This document shows positions 49,823-58,935 of a stretch of DNA of 64,000 nucleotides, piece by piece. The stretch comes from an uncultured Gemmatimonadales bacterium (GTDB taxonomy: Bacteria; Gemmatimonadota; Gemmatimonadetes; Longimicrobiales; RSA9). The DNA lies in the NCBI GenBank assembly GCA_963708135.1, contig OY970192.1, positions 3,392,001 through 3,456,000 on the forward strand, in the 5' to 3' direction. Position 1 is the stretch's first letter, and every line of letters begins with the position of its first letter. The notes beneath the pieces are model-generated. The model did no database searches and had not been told where the DNA came from. It saw nothing but the letters and a program-made list of their open reading frames with translations. Position numbers and translations under genes: made by a program.

Positions 49823-50314
49823 TCAGTTGGGAAGCAGGGTGTAGGTCAGGCCCACCCCCCGCGGCGCCGCGCCGGCCGGATCGATCACGCGGCGCTCGTC
49901 GATCAGCAGCACGATGTCACGCCCCCGCCGCCCCCGCGCCGCCTCCAGCGGAGCGGGACCCGCCCGCCTGAAGCCCTCCACCACCTCGCTCACCTCACCC
50001 GGAGCCTCGGCCCGCGCCCGCCACGACAGCGAGGCCGCCGCCTCGTCCGGCGATCCCTCCGAAGCCGCGCCCGCGGCCGTCACCATCAGCTTCCAGCGCC
50101 GGTTCGCGCTCACCCGCAGCTCCGTGGCGCCCGCGACCTCCTCGACCCGCGCGCCGCCCGCCACGCTCGTGGTGGGCACTCCCGTACCCGGCAGGACCTG
50201 CAGCCGCAGCACCGGCGGGACCACGATCGTCGCCCTCGCCCGCGCCTCCGTCTGCGCCCCGGCCGGAATTACGCACGCGGCCGAGAGCGCCACCGCCAGT
50301 CCCCAGCTCCGCAT
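49823..50314 (-). CDS. Secreted pilin-like protein
   Basis: Signal peptide; ATIVVPPVLRL, VSANRRWKL, C-terminal LTYTL. Confidence 0.6.
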   Translation of the reverse strand: MRSWGLAVALSAACVIPAGAQTEARARATIVVPPVLRLQVLPGTGVPTTSVAGGARVEEVAGATELRVSANRRWKLMVTAAGAASEGSPDEAAASLSWRARAEAPGEVSEVVEGFRRAGPAPLEAARGRRGRDIVLLIDERRVIDPAGAAPRGVGLTYTLLPN

Positions 50315-50367
50315 CGACTCACCTCCGGCAAGACCGCACTTGCGGGTCGCTCGATCGGCCTCCCTCC

Positions 50368-50384
50368 ATGCGAGCCGCGTGCCT
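50368..50384 (-). promoter_or_regulatory. Candidate sigma54 promoter AGGCACG-N4-TCGCAT
   Basis: Close to TGGCACG-N4-TTGC, 54 bp upstream of the ATG. Confidence 0.55.
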
Positions 50385-50632
50385 GTCCGGACGTGTGGCG
50401 GAACTCCATGTCGTTCCGGAGCTTACGCTCCGCTCCCGGCAACCGGGCCGGAGACCGAGATGTACGGATTCCGGACGGGTGCGGCGCCGATACGCCGCAA
50501 GCCGCTTGGCTACAATGATTTAGGTGGAGTTGTCCGGGATCCGGACATGCCTCGGCGACGGGCCGGACCTCCGACAGGCGGAGGCGTGGAGGCGGAGCGG
50601 CACCTGCGGGGGCGACCTGCGGCCGCCGCGCC

Positions 50633-52570
50633 TCAGGAGGCGGGCGGGCGCAGCTCGACCCAGGTCACCTTCCCGGCGGCCACCGTGACGGTGCGCCAGA
50701 CGATGGCGCCGGCGACCTCGACACCGAGCAGGTAGTTGCCGGCGGGGACGTCGCCGACGGCGAAGTTCTCGTCGTAGGCGGGGTCGGGGTGGGCCTTGTC
50801 CTGGTAGGTCTCGGCGAAGGAGAAGGGCGTCTCCGCGGGCTCGCCGAGGACGAGGCCGTGGACATGCGCCCCCGGTACCGGCCTTCCGGCGGCATCCACC
50901 ACGCGGCCGGCGACGGTGCCGGTGCCGGGCATCGGGTGGATCCAGAGTTGCGGGTTCACGGTGTGGGGCGGGAAGCGCTGCTCCGGGTCGACGACGAGGG
51001 CCGAGTCGGCCGAGGGCGAGACGTGGACCTCGAGGTGCAGGTGGTCGTTGGTGGCGCGCCCGGTGTTGCCGACGTGCGAGACCACCTGCCCGGCCGTGAC
51101 GTGCTGGCCGACGCTGACGTCGAGGCTGGTGTTGTGGTAGTAGACGCTGAAGACGTACTGCCCCTCCCAGCGGCGGTCGTGGCGGATCGCGACGGTGTTG
51201 GCGCCCGCCTCGGCCTTGCCCGCATAGATCACGACGCCGTCGCCGATGGCGTGCACGGGGGTCCCAGCGGGGTTGTTGAACTCGACGCCCTGGTGCTGCT
51301 GAAAGTTGCCGCCCATGGTCGAGCCGTAGCGGTAGGTCTGGTCGATGTAGGGGTTTCCCTCCGCGGGCTCGATGGGCCGGTCGAACCAGTCGTGGCGCGG
51401 CGGGGTGGGCGGCGCGCCTGCCGGTGGCTGGAGCAGGTCCCACGGGCGCGGCCGGATCGGCAGCATCGCGGCGAGGCCGATGTGGGTGGCGCTGATCGGC
51501 AGCAGGTTCCCCTCGAGCCAGACCCCGGCCCAGACGTCGGCCGCGGGGTGGTAGAGGTCGCCGGAGCCCAGGTAGAGATGGTAGGTGCTATCCGGCTGGG
51601 CCACGGCGAGCCCGCGTGATGTGGCCAGCGCCGGCGGGCCGCCGTACGGGTTCTGCGTGAGCGCGCGCACGGCCCCGGGCAGAGCGTCGTAGCCGGGGAC
51701 CTGGAACGGGCTCGGCTCGAACTTCGGCTTGGACATGTCGGCCGCGTAATAGACCTGGTGGGCGCTCGCGGCCCAGACGCTCGAGTCGCGCGCCACGCGC
51801 ACGGCGCGGATCCTCTGCTCCGGCAGCCCTTCGGCGCTCGTGAACGTGTGCCAGCTGCGGCCGCCATCGCGCGACACCGAGAGCCCGCGCAGACTGCCGA
51901 CCCAGAGGGCTCCGTCCGGCCCGACATCGAGCGCGAGCAGGTACTCGGTGGGCAGCGTCGTGAGGCGCTCCGTGCAGCCGTCCTTCGCCGCCGCCTGGCC
52001 GGGGACGGGCGGGCCGGTGATGCAGCGCCAGGTCCGGCCCGCGTCCGAGGTGAGCCTGAGCCCGTCGGCCGTGGCGATGTAGACCGTGTCGCCCGTGGCC
52101 CGCATCCCGTCGGGCGCCACGTACTGCCACTGCGGCCCGAGCTGGTCGAGGGACCAGTTGCGCCAGGTCTTGCCGCCATCCGTGGAGCGGCCCCAGCCGT
52201 TGCCGACCGTGCCGTACCAGACCGCCCCGCCGGCCGGGAAAGCGAAGGAGTTGACGAAGTCCCACGACAGGCTGGTCGAGTCCTTCGCGCGTGCCGTGAT
52301 CTGTTGCCACTGCGTCGCGCCCTTCGGCAGCTCGTAGATCCCCTTGCCGTAGGTGCCGGCCCAGATCGCGGAGTCGCGGCCGCGCCGGACCTCCAGCACC
52401 TGCACCCCCCAGACCGTGGTGTCCGGCAGCGGTGGGAGCTCGGCCGGCGCGGCCCGCTGCGCCGCCCCGGGGCGGCCCGGACCTGGACGCTGCGGGGGAG
52501 GCGAGCCGCCGCAGGCGGCGAGCAGGGCGGCGGCGAGGAGGGGGAGCGCGGCACTCGGGCGCTTTGACAT
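50633..52570 (-). CDS. Lipoprotein: beta-propeller (BNR repeats) plus M23 peptidase plus Cna-B-like domain
   Basis: LLAAC lipobox; STDGGKTW/SDAGRTW/SRDGGRSW; HQGVE, YYH, HLHLEV. Confidence 0.85.
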   Translation of the reverse strand: MSKRPSAALPLLAAALLAACGGSPPPQRPGPGRPGAAQRAAPAELPPLPDTTVWGVQVLEVRRGRDSAIWAGTYGKGIYELPKGATQWQQITARAKDSTSLSWDFVNSFAFPAGGAVWYGTVGNGWGRSTDGGKTWRNWSLDQLGPQWQYVAPDGMRATGDTVYIATADGLRLTSDAGRTWRCITGPPVPGQAAAKDGCTERLTTLPTEYLLALDVGPDGALWVGSLRGLSVSRDGGRSWHTFTSAEGLPEQRIRAVRVARDSSVWAASAHQVYYAADMSKPKFEPSPFQVPGYDALPGAVRALTQNPYGGPPALATSRGLAVAQPDSTYHLYLGSGDLYHPAADVWAGVWLEGNLLPISATHIGLAAMLPIRPRPWDLLQPPAGAPPTPPRHDWFDRPIEPAEGNPYIDQTYRYGSTMGGNFQQHQGVEFNNPAGTPVHAIGDGVVIYAGKAEAGANTVAIRHDRRWEGQYVFSVYYHNTSLDVSVGQHVTAGQVVSHVGNTGRATNDHLHLEVHVSPSADSALVVDPEQRFPPHTVNPQLWIHPMPGTGTVAGRVVDAAGRPVPGAHVHGLVLGEPAETPFSFAETYQDKAHPDPAYDENFAVGDVPAGNYLLGVEVAGAIVWRTVTVAAGKVTWVELRPPAS

Positions 52571-52956
52571 CAGAGGAACAGGGTCCGGTCGGAGTACTGG
52601 GCCCACTGTGTGGGCGTTTCCCACACCCGGGCGTACACCAGCGCGCCGGCCATCGGCTCGGGCAGCCGCCGGCGGAGCTCGTCGAAGAAGTAGCGGGCCT
52701 GGTTCTCCGCCGACGGCTCGAGGTCCGTAAAGGGCTCGAGTTCGTTCAGGTTCTCGTGGTCCAGCCGCTCCGCGAGCGCGCGCAGGTGCTTCTTCACGTC
52801 CACGAAGTCGAAGGCGATCCCCGCCTCGTTGAGCTCCGTCGTGGCGAGCGCCACCTCGACGACGTAGTGGTGCCCGTGCAGCCGCTCGCACTTGCCCTTG
52901 TACTTCCTCAGGAAGTGCGCGCTGTCGTAGCTGGCTTCCACGCTCACGATGAACAT
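52570..52956 (-). CDS. queD: 6-carboxytetrahydropterin synthase (QueD; CExxHGH motif)
   Basis: SAHFL, KCERLHGHHY, LDHENLN, PSAEN, VWET. Confidence 0.88.
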   Translation of the reverse strand: MFIVSVEASYDSAHFLRKYKGKCERLHGHHYVVEVALATTELNEAGIAFDFVDVKKHLRALAERLDHENLNELEPFTDLEPSAENQARYFFDELRRRLPEPMAGALVYARVWETPTQWAQYSDRTLFL

Positions 52957-52965
52957 GTCGGATCC

Positions 52966-53691
52966 TCAGGTGCGCTCGACGACGATCACGCGCAGGTCCA
53001 CCTCCGCCGGCCGGGTCAGCGCGAACAGCACGGCGTCGGCCACGCTCTCCGGACGCAACATCGCCTCCCGCGGCGGCAGGCCCGGGTGCACCCCGGCCTC
53101 CACTCCATCCCATAGCGGCGTGTCGGTGGCCGCCGGCTCCACCAGCGTCGCCCGGACGCCGGTGCCCCGAAGCTCGGCGTCCAGCACCGCATGCAAGCCT
53201 CGAACCCCGAACTTGCTCGCGGCGTACGCGCCATTGTGGGGGAAGCCCTGTCGGCCCGCAACGGAGCCCACGGTCAGCAGGTGCCCGGAGCCGCGCACGA
53301 GCATCGCCGGCAGGAAGGCCCGCGCCAGCAGGAACGGCGCCCGCAGGTTCACGCCGACCTGGCGATCGAAGCTCTCGACGGTCGCCTCGGCCACGGCGGC
53401 GAGCTCGAACGCGCCCGCCGCGTTCACCACGAAGTCCGGCGTGCCTCCGAGCGCCCGCTCGACGAGCCCGGCCAGACGCGCCACGGCACCGGCATCCGCC
53501 ACGTCGGCCGCCGCGGCCGCGGCCCCCAGCCTCGCCGCCTCCGCCTCCAGCCGCGCCCTGCCTCGCGCCACCAGCACCAGACGCGCACCGGCCCCGGCCA
53601 GCACCCGCGCCGCCGCCAGGCCGATCCCGCTCGATCCGCCCGTGATGAGCCCGCCGCGGCCGGCGAGCGGCCCCTCAGCCGACGATGCCAT
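52966..53691 (-). CDS. SDR oxidoreductase (candidate sepiapterin reductase-like)
   Basis: [17 protein letters not shown]; located inside the pterin operon. Confidence 0.85.
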   Translation of the reverse strand: MASSAEGPLAGRGGLITGGSSGIGLAAARVLAGAGARLVLVARGRARLEAEAARLGAAAAAADVADAGAVARLAGLVERALGGTPDFVVNAAGAFELAAVAEATVESFDRQVGVNLRAPFLLARAFLPAMLVRGSGHLLTVGSVAGRQGFPHNGAYAASKFGVRGLHAVLDAELRGTGVRATLVEPAATDTPLWDGVEAGVHPGLPPREAMLRPESVADAVLFALTRPAEVDLRVIVVERT

Positions 53692-54268
53692 TGGCCAGGC
53701 ACAGCCGCAGGAACTCCTCGCGCGTCCGCAGATCCTCCCGGAACACCCCGCGCACGGCGCTCGTCAGCGTCTTCGAGTTCTGCTTCTCCACGCCGCGCAT
53801 CATCATGCACAGGTGGTACGCCTCCGCGATGACCCCCACCCCCTCCGGCTGCAGCACCTCCCAGAGCGCCTGCGCGATCTGCTCCGTCATCCGCTCCTGC
53901 ACCTGCAGCCGGCGCGCGAACACGTCCACGATCCGCGCCACCTTCGACAGCCCCACGATGCGCCCGTTCGGGATATACGCCACGTGCACCTTGCCGAAGA
54001 ACGGCAGCATGTGGTGCTCGCACAGCGAGTACATCTCGATGTCCTTCACGAGCACCATGTTCTGGTGCTCCTCGCGGAAGATCGCGTCCCCCACCACGTC
54101 CTCCACCTTCAGGCCGTGGCCCCGCGTCAGCCACGCCAGGCTCTTCGCCACCCGCTCCGGCGTCCTGCGCAGCCCCTCCCGCCCGGGATCCTCCCCCAGC
54201 CGGCGCAGCATCTCCGCCACCAGCGCCTCGAACGACGCCCCCGAAAGATCCGGCTCGGACTCAGGCAC
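53675..54268 (-). CDS. folE: GTP cyclohydrolase I
   Basis: [34 protein letters not shown]. Confidence 0.96.
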   Translation of the reverse strand: MPESEPDLSGASFEALVAEMLRRLGEDPGREGLRRTPERVAKSLAWLTRGHGLKVEDVVGDAIFREEHQNMVLVKDIEMYSLCEHHMLPFFGKVHVAYIPNGRIVGLSKVARIVDVFARRLQVQERMTEQIAQALWEVLQPEGVGVIAEAYHLCMMMRGVEKQNSKTLTSAVRGVFREDLRTREEFLRLCLANGIVG

Positions 54269-54677
54269 CCTCGTACTCCACGTAGTTGCGCGGCGTCTCC
54301 CACAGCACCAGCCGTGCGAGCCGCGCCCGCCCCGGCATCGCTCCCGCCAGCCGACCCCAGATCGCCACCACCAGATTCTCCGTCGTCGGGTTCACGTCCT
54401 CCAGCCAAGGCACGTCCACGTTCAGGTTCCGGTGGTCCAGCGCCTCGATCACCCGCGCTTCCACCAGCTCGCGCACCGCCTTCAGGTCCAGGACGAAGCC
54501 GGTCTCCGGATCGATCTCACCCTCCACCGTCACGTCGAGCTCGTAGTTGTGGCCGTGCCAGTTCGGGCTCGCGCACAGCCCGAACACCTCCCGGTTCCGC
54601 TCCGCCGGCCAGTCCTCGCGACCCAGCCGGTGCGCGGCGCTGAAGTGCAGCCGCCGCGTGATCCGTACACGTGCCAT
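54261..54677 (-). CDS. 6-pyruvoyl-tetrahydropterin synthase (C-x5-HGH, PTPS-II type)
   Basis: [32 protein letters not shown]. Confidence 0.88.
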   Translation of the reverse strand: MARVRITRRLHFSAAHRLGREDWPAERNREVFGLCASPNWHGHNYELDVTVEGEIDPETGFVLDLKAVRELVEARVIEALDHRNLNVDVPWLEDVNPTTENLVVAIWGRLAGAMPGRARLARLVLWETPRNYVEYEGA

Positions 54678-54844
54678 GCACACCTCTCCCTCGCTTCAAC
54701 GGCACCGGAAGGTGAGTGCCCGCCGGGGGGGCCGCAAGGTGCCGCCCGCCGCGCCAGGCCGGCGTTTCCAGCCTCGGCGCCGGCACTCGCAGCCGGCGCG
54801 GCAGGAGCGGAAAGCGGGGCACCGTGAACCATCTGCGGTGCCAC

Positions 54845-54886
54845 AAAACAAGAAGCTGGCCCGGGGGGTTCCCGCGAGCCAGCTCC
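54845..54886 (-). terminator. Intrinsic terminator
   Basis: GGAGCTGGCTC...GGGCCAGCTTC followed by TTGTTTTG. Confidence 0.75.
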
Positions 54887-54888
54887 CT

Positions 54889-55050
54889 TTGACGTACCGG
54901 AGGGTATTTTTTGGAGCCCAGTCGTCACACGACTGGTAACCTCCCCGAGCGTTCCGCCTTCCCCTGACGGGGCATGACGTCCGGCACGGGAGTCGGCTCC
55001 ATCTTTCCTTGCTGTCGGCCCAAAAATGAGCCCTCCAAGCACGTCCAACC
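54889..55050 (-). ncRNA. ssrS: Candidate 6S RNA
   Basis: Long rod: GACGTGC/GTACGTC, GGAGGG/CCCTCC, TTTTTGG/CCAAAAA stems; A-rich central bubble; own promoter and terminator. Confidence 0.65.
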
Positions 55051-55058
55051 TCGCGTCC

Positions 55059-55087
55059 AACCTAGCGGAGCCGGGGCCCGGAGTCAA
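55059..55087 (-). promoter_or_regulatory. sigma70-like promoter TTGACT-N17-TAGGTT
   Basis: Directly upstream of the 6S-like rod. Confidence 0.7.
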
Positions 55088-55123
55088 TGGCGGAACCGGC
55101 CATCCCCGCCCCCTCCGCCGGCC

Positions 55124-55849
55124 TCACGGCACGATGTCGGGAGGGGTGTGGTAGAGGATCTCCACGCTCGCCCGATCCACCGTCGACGGCGCGTCCACGA
55201 CGGGGTTCCCGTACATGAGGTCCGTCGCATCGGGCGAATGGCGGAGCAGGCCGAGCGCGTGGCCCATCTCGTGGGCGAGCGTGCGGCGGGTGCGCGCCGC
55301 GTCCCCGCGCATCGCGGCGGACAGCGTGATGACCATCTCCGTGTGGCCTCCGCCGCCCGCCTTCTGCGGCAGCACGACCAGGTGCGCGCCGTCCGCCGTC
55401 AGGCAGAAGGTCGTTACGCCTTCGCCGCGCAGGTTCGGCGCGCAGTCGCTCACGTCCACGGGCAGCGTCGCATCGGACCACGCCACCACCACGTCCGCCT
55501 GCGCGGCCGATCCCACCTCCGTCCACCGGAACTCCCCATAGAGCGCGGCCGGGTTCCAGAGCTCGATCGCCCCGCCCAGCGCGGCCTCCAAGCCGCCCTC
55601 CCCGGCCTCACCGCCCGAGCTCGTCGCGTATACCCGGATCGTCCGACCCACGGGCCAGTGCAGCACGCGCGGCGGCGGCGACTCCGTCGTGAAGCCGTAG
55701 GCCCGCGTCCGGCCGGGCACCCCCGGCGCATCGCATCCGGCCGCCAGCAGGACGCCGGCCGCCAGCAACACCCCGCCCCGACCGCGCCACGCCCGGGTGC
55801 GCCGCGGGCCAGCCGGCCGCTTCCGCCACCGCCGTCCCCGCCCGCTCAC
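55124..55849 (-). CDS. Matrixin-family (metzincin) metalloprotease lipoprotein
   Basis: LAAGC lipobox; HEMGHALGLLRHS, DLMY Met-turn. Confidence 0.85.
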   Translation of the reverse strand: MSGRGRRWRKRPAGPRRTRAWRGRGGVLLAAGVLLAAGCDAPGVPGRTRAYGFTTESPPPRVLHWPVGRTIRVYATSSGGEAGEGGLEAALGGAIELWNPAALYGEFRWTEVGSAAQADVVVAWSDATLPVDVSDCAPNLRGEGVTTFCLTADGAHLVVLPQKAGGGGHTEMVITLSAAMRGDAARTRRTLAHEMGHALGLLRHSPDATDLMYGNPVVDAPSTVDRASVEILYHTPPDIVP

Positions 55850-56499
55850 CGCCCACCTCCGAGGAGAATGCCCGCCTGGAGGAGACCCCGGAGAACGCCG
55901 CCGCTGCGCTCACCCGCATCCGCGAGCGCCGCCGTATGGAACGGATGCCCCTGGACCGTCAGCTCGAGCGTCAACCGGGAGTCCCCCGCCGGCAGGCGCA
56001 GCCCCGCGCCGGCCTCGAGCATCGGCTCGTAGCTCGGCGCTCCCCTGAACACTCCGCGACTCCAGCCCCGATAGGAGAGAACGCCAGCCCCCGCGCTTGC
56101 GTGCACGCGCGCGCGAGCCTGCCAGCGCGCCGCGACCGCTGCCTGGGCGACGCCCACCGTGCCGAGGCTGTACCCGCCCGCGCCCCCTCCAGCGCGCACC
56201 CGCCCGAAGGTCCACCCCAGCTCCGCCTCGAGCACCACCGGGCGGCGCCTCTCCTGGCGGAACACCAGCGTCACCACGGGCGACGGCACCACCGCGACGC
56301 TCGCGGCCGCAACCTCCCTTCCCGGCGGCAGAAGCGAGTCCACGAGCACGCTGCTCGCGATCGCGTCCCGCACGAGCGGTGTCAACGCCGCCACCCCCAC
56401 GCGCGCCTCCACCGCCACGCCCTGGGCGCGCAGCGGCCCGGCCCACGCCAGGAGCAGCAGCCCCGCCGCCCACACCGGCGCACGACGACCGGGATACAA
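55846..56499 (-). CDS. Hypothetical secreted/outer-membrane beta-barrel protein (start uncertain)
   Basis: Signal peptide, alternating beta strands, GTGA coupling to the matrixin gene. Confidence 0.55.
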   Translation of the reverse strand: MYPGRRAPVWAAGLLLLAWAGPLRAQGVAVEARVGVAALTPLVRDAIASSVLVDSLLPPGREVAAASVAVVPSPVVTLVFRQERRRPVVLEAELGWTFGRVRAGGGAGGYSLGTVGVAQAAVAARWQARARVHASAGAGVLSYRGWSRGVFRGAPSYEPMLEAGAGLRLPAGDSRLTLELTVQGHPFHTAALADAGERSGGVLRGLLQAGILLGGGR

Positions 56500-56594
56500 A
56501 AAAAGACGGGACGGCCATCGACTTCGATGACCGCCCGCCTTTGCCGCGGCGCTCTCCCCGGAGTTCCCGCTCGCCGCGGCGACCGTGTTGTGCC
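56498..56594 (-). ncRNA. Candidate sigma54-dependent small RNA or attenuated leader
   Basis: Hairpin 56543-56580, terminator stem 56505-56539 plus T7, promoter TGGCCCC-N4-CTGCT at 56605-56620. Confidence 0.5.
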
Positions 56595-56741
56595 GGGGCG
56601 TAGAAGCAGGACCGGGGCCAGACCGGCCCGTCTCAGGCAAGTCATTCGACAGCACAGACTTACGATTTTCCACAATTCTCCGGAATGGCGCGCGGGCAGG
56701 AAAATAGTTCGCACTTTCGCGTCTTTGTAGCGAGGCGCGGC

Positions 56742-57599
56742 TCATGGGGCGCGGTACCGGCGCAGGCGGGCGAGGTTGCGCCGGTCAGCGGCCACGGGAT
56801 CGTCGCCTTTCGGGGTCTCGAGCAGCTTCGGCACGTGCAGGAAGCGGACATCGGTCACCAGCCGGCGGAACGGGGTCTCGCCCAGCGCGCCCTCGGCGAT
56901 GCCCGCGTGCCGGTCGCGCCGGCTACCGAGGGCGCCGACGGAGTCGTTGAGGTGGAACAGGCGCAGCGTTTCGAGGCCGAGGACGTCGTCGAACCGGGCG
57001 ACCACGCCGTCGTAGTCGCCGGCCAGGTCATAGCCGGCGGCCCAGACGTGGCAGGTGTCGAGGCAGATCCCGACGCGGTCTCGCAGCTCGGGGCGGATGC
57101 GGTCACGCAGCGCGGCGAGCTCCTCGAAGCTGGCGCCGAGCACGCTGCCGGCGCCGGCGGTCGTCTCGAGGAGGACCTGCGTGCCGCCGCCCACCTCCTC
57201 GAGGGCGCTCTCGATGGCCTCGGCGTTGCGGGCCAGGGCGGCCTGGCGGTCCCCGTCCGTGGCGTTTCCCGGGTGGGTCACGAGATGCTCGATCCCGAGG
57301 GCGACGCAGCGCCGCAGCTCCGAGAGGAAGGAGGTCAGGGAGCGGGCGCGCAGCGCCGCATCGGGGCTGGCAAGGTTGATGAGGTACGAGTCGTGGGCCG
57401 CCACCGCCGCAATGGCGTGGCGTCGGCGCTCCTCCCGGAAGGCGGCCGCGGCATCCTCGTCGAGCTCGGGCTCTGCCCAGCGGTTCGGCTGCTTGGTGAA
57501 GACCTGCATGCGCGCGGCGTCCAGCTCCGCCGCGCGCGCCGGCGCACGCGGCACGCCGCCCGCCGTGGACACGTGCGCCCCCAGCTCGTCGGTGGACAT
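56742..57599 (-). CDS. nfo: Endonuclease IV
   Basis: LGAHVS, HDSYLINL, HPG, LETTAG, CLDTCH, HLNDS, DRH, LETP. Confidence 0.95.
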   Translation of the reverse strand: MSTDELGAHVSTAGGVPRAPARAAELDAARMQVFTKQPNRWAEPELDEDAAAAFREERRRHAIAAVAAHDSYLINLASPDAALRARSLTSFLSELRRCVALGIEHLVTHPGNATDGDRQAALARNAEAIESALEEVGGGTQVLLETTAGAGSVLGASFEELAALRDRIRPELRDRVGICLDTCHVWAAGYDLAGDYDGVVARFDDVLGLETLRLFHLNDSVGALGSRRDRHAGIAEGALGETPFRRLVTDVRFLHVPKLLETPKGDDPVAADRRNLARLRRYRAP

Positions 57600-57714
57600 C
57601 CTGAACCTGGATCTCGTGGCGTGGACCGTGAAGGCGTAGAATACCCGGCCGGCCGGTGCGCCGGCAACGGGCTGCGCCGCACGTCGCGGCCAGCCGGAAT
57701 AACGAGGAGGCGGC

Positions 57715-58278
57715 ATGGCATTCAACCCATGGCACGACCTGCCCGCCGGCACCTCGGTGCCGGACGAGGTCAACGTGATCATCGAGATCCCCCGCGGCAG
57801 CCGCAACAAGTACGAGCTCGACAAGGCCACCGGCCTGTTCCGCTTCGACAGGCTGCTCTACAGCGCCGTCCATTACCCGGGCGACTACGGCTTCATTCCC
57901 CGCTCACTCGCCGACGACGGTGACCCGCTCGACGTCCTCGTGATGACCACCGAGCCCACGTTCACCGGGTGCCTCATCGTCGTCCGCCCGCTCGGCGCCT
58001 TCGAGATGAGCGACGAGAAGGGCCTCGACGAGAAGATCCTCGCCGTTCCCGTGCAGGACCCCCTCTACGGCGAGTATCACGAGCTCGATGACGTCGCCTC
58101 CCACTACCTGCGCGAGGTCGAGCACTTCTTCGCCATCTACAAGGAGCTCGAGGGCGTCCGCACCCGCGCCCTCGGCTGGCGCAGCCGCGAGCGCGCCCAG
58201 GAGTTCGTCGCCGCGTCCTGCGCCCGCTACGACCGCGAGCACCCGACCGACTCCGCCACCACCCCTCCCGTGACGTGA
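57715..58278 (+). CDS. ppa: Inorganic pyrophosphatase (family I)
   Basis: IEIPRGSRNKYE, YGFIP, DDGDPLD, DEKI. Confidence 0.95.
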   Translation: MAFNPWHDLPAGTSVPDEVNVIIEIPRGSRNKYELDKATGLFRFDRLLYSAVHYPGDYGFIPRSLADDGDPLDVLVMTTEPTFTGCLIVVRPLGAFEMSDEKGLDEKILAVPVQDPLYGEYHELDDVASHYLREVEHFFAIYKELEGVRTRALGWRSRERAQEFVAASCARYDREHPTDSATTPPVT

Positions 58279-58314
58279 AAAAAGGACGCGGCGCCCGACC
58301 GCGCGCCGCGTCCT
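58278..58314 (-). terminator. Intrinsic terminator between convergent genes
   Basis: AGGACGCGGCGC/GCGCCGCGTCCT 12-bp stem with T run on the minus strand. Confidence 0.8.
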
Positions 58315-58338
58315 CCAACTGCCGCGCCGTAGCGCCGA

Positions 58339-58527
58339 CTACATGCTGCTCGTCGTGCTGCTCATGTTCATCGTGTCATGCGCCATCGTGTCCATCGGCG
58401 CGGGCGCCGGCGCCGGGGCCGGAGTCGTCTCCACGGCAGGACTCGTCTCCTCCGTGTTCTCCGCCTTCTTCTGGCAGGCCGCAAACGCCAGGGACGCCGC
58501 GACCACGAACAGCAACGAGCGCTTCAT
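58339..58527 (-). CDS. Small disordered lipoprotein
   Basis: MKRSLLFVVAASLAFAAC lipobox; GGAGAGG RBS. Confidence 0.8.
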   Translation of the reverse strand: MKRSLLFVVAASLAFAACQKKAENTEETSPAVETTPAPAPAPAPMDTMAHDTMNMSSTTSSM

Positions 58528-58935
58528 ACCCACCTCTCCGATGAAGGTCGCACAGGAGCCGCAGCGCCTTCGTACTGCGCGCTCCGTGAACCGGCGGCGC
58601 GCCCGCCGATCCAGCTCCCGCCCAGCGGGAGCGACAACAGCCGCGAATGATGTACTTTCCCGCGATGCGTGTCAAGCAATTCCCGCCGGCTACCAGCCGG
58701 AGCCGGGCCGGGAACGGCCAGCGCAGATCATGTCTTTCCCCGATCGCGGCGGAAAACGTAATGAGAAAGACCGGCTTCCACAATACATCGGAAAACTGGC
58801 GCTTTCGCTCCCCGTGCCCACGCCGTTCCGGCGGCCCCGCGCGGGGCGTCGGGGGGCGCGAGCGAGGGCCGGTGGAGGGTATGCTTCTTGCCCCCCTCGA
58901 AGCGTACAACGCTGGCTCTGGAGAGAGTGTAACCG

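Noticed and set aside
52570..54677. folE/queD as a 7-deazaguanine DNA modification (dpd) island
   Set aside because: No dpdA, queC or queE nearby; the motifs fit pterin metabolism
55042..55062. GTCCAAC twice, as attC inverse cores
   Set aside because: Far from the cassette region and explained by the -10 element and 5' end of the 6S-like RNA
56540..56600. c-di-GMP-I riboswitch (GGCAAA seen)
   Set aside because: The GCAAAG and tetraloop-receptor elements are not arranged as required
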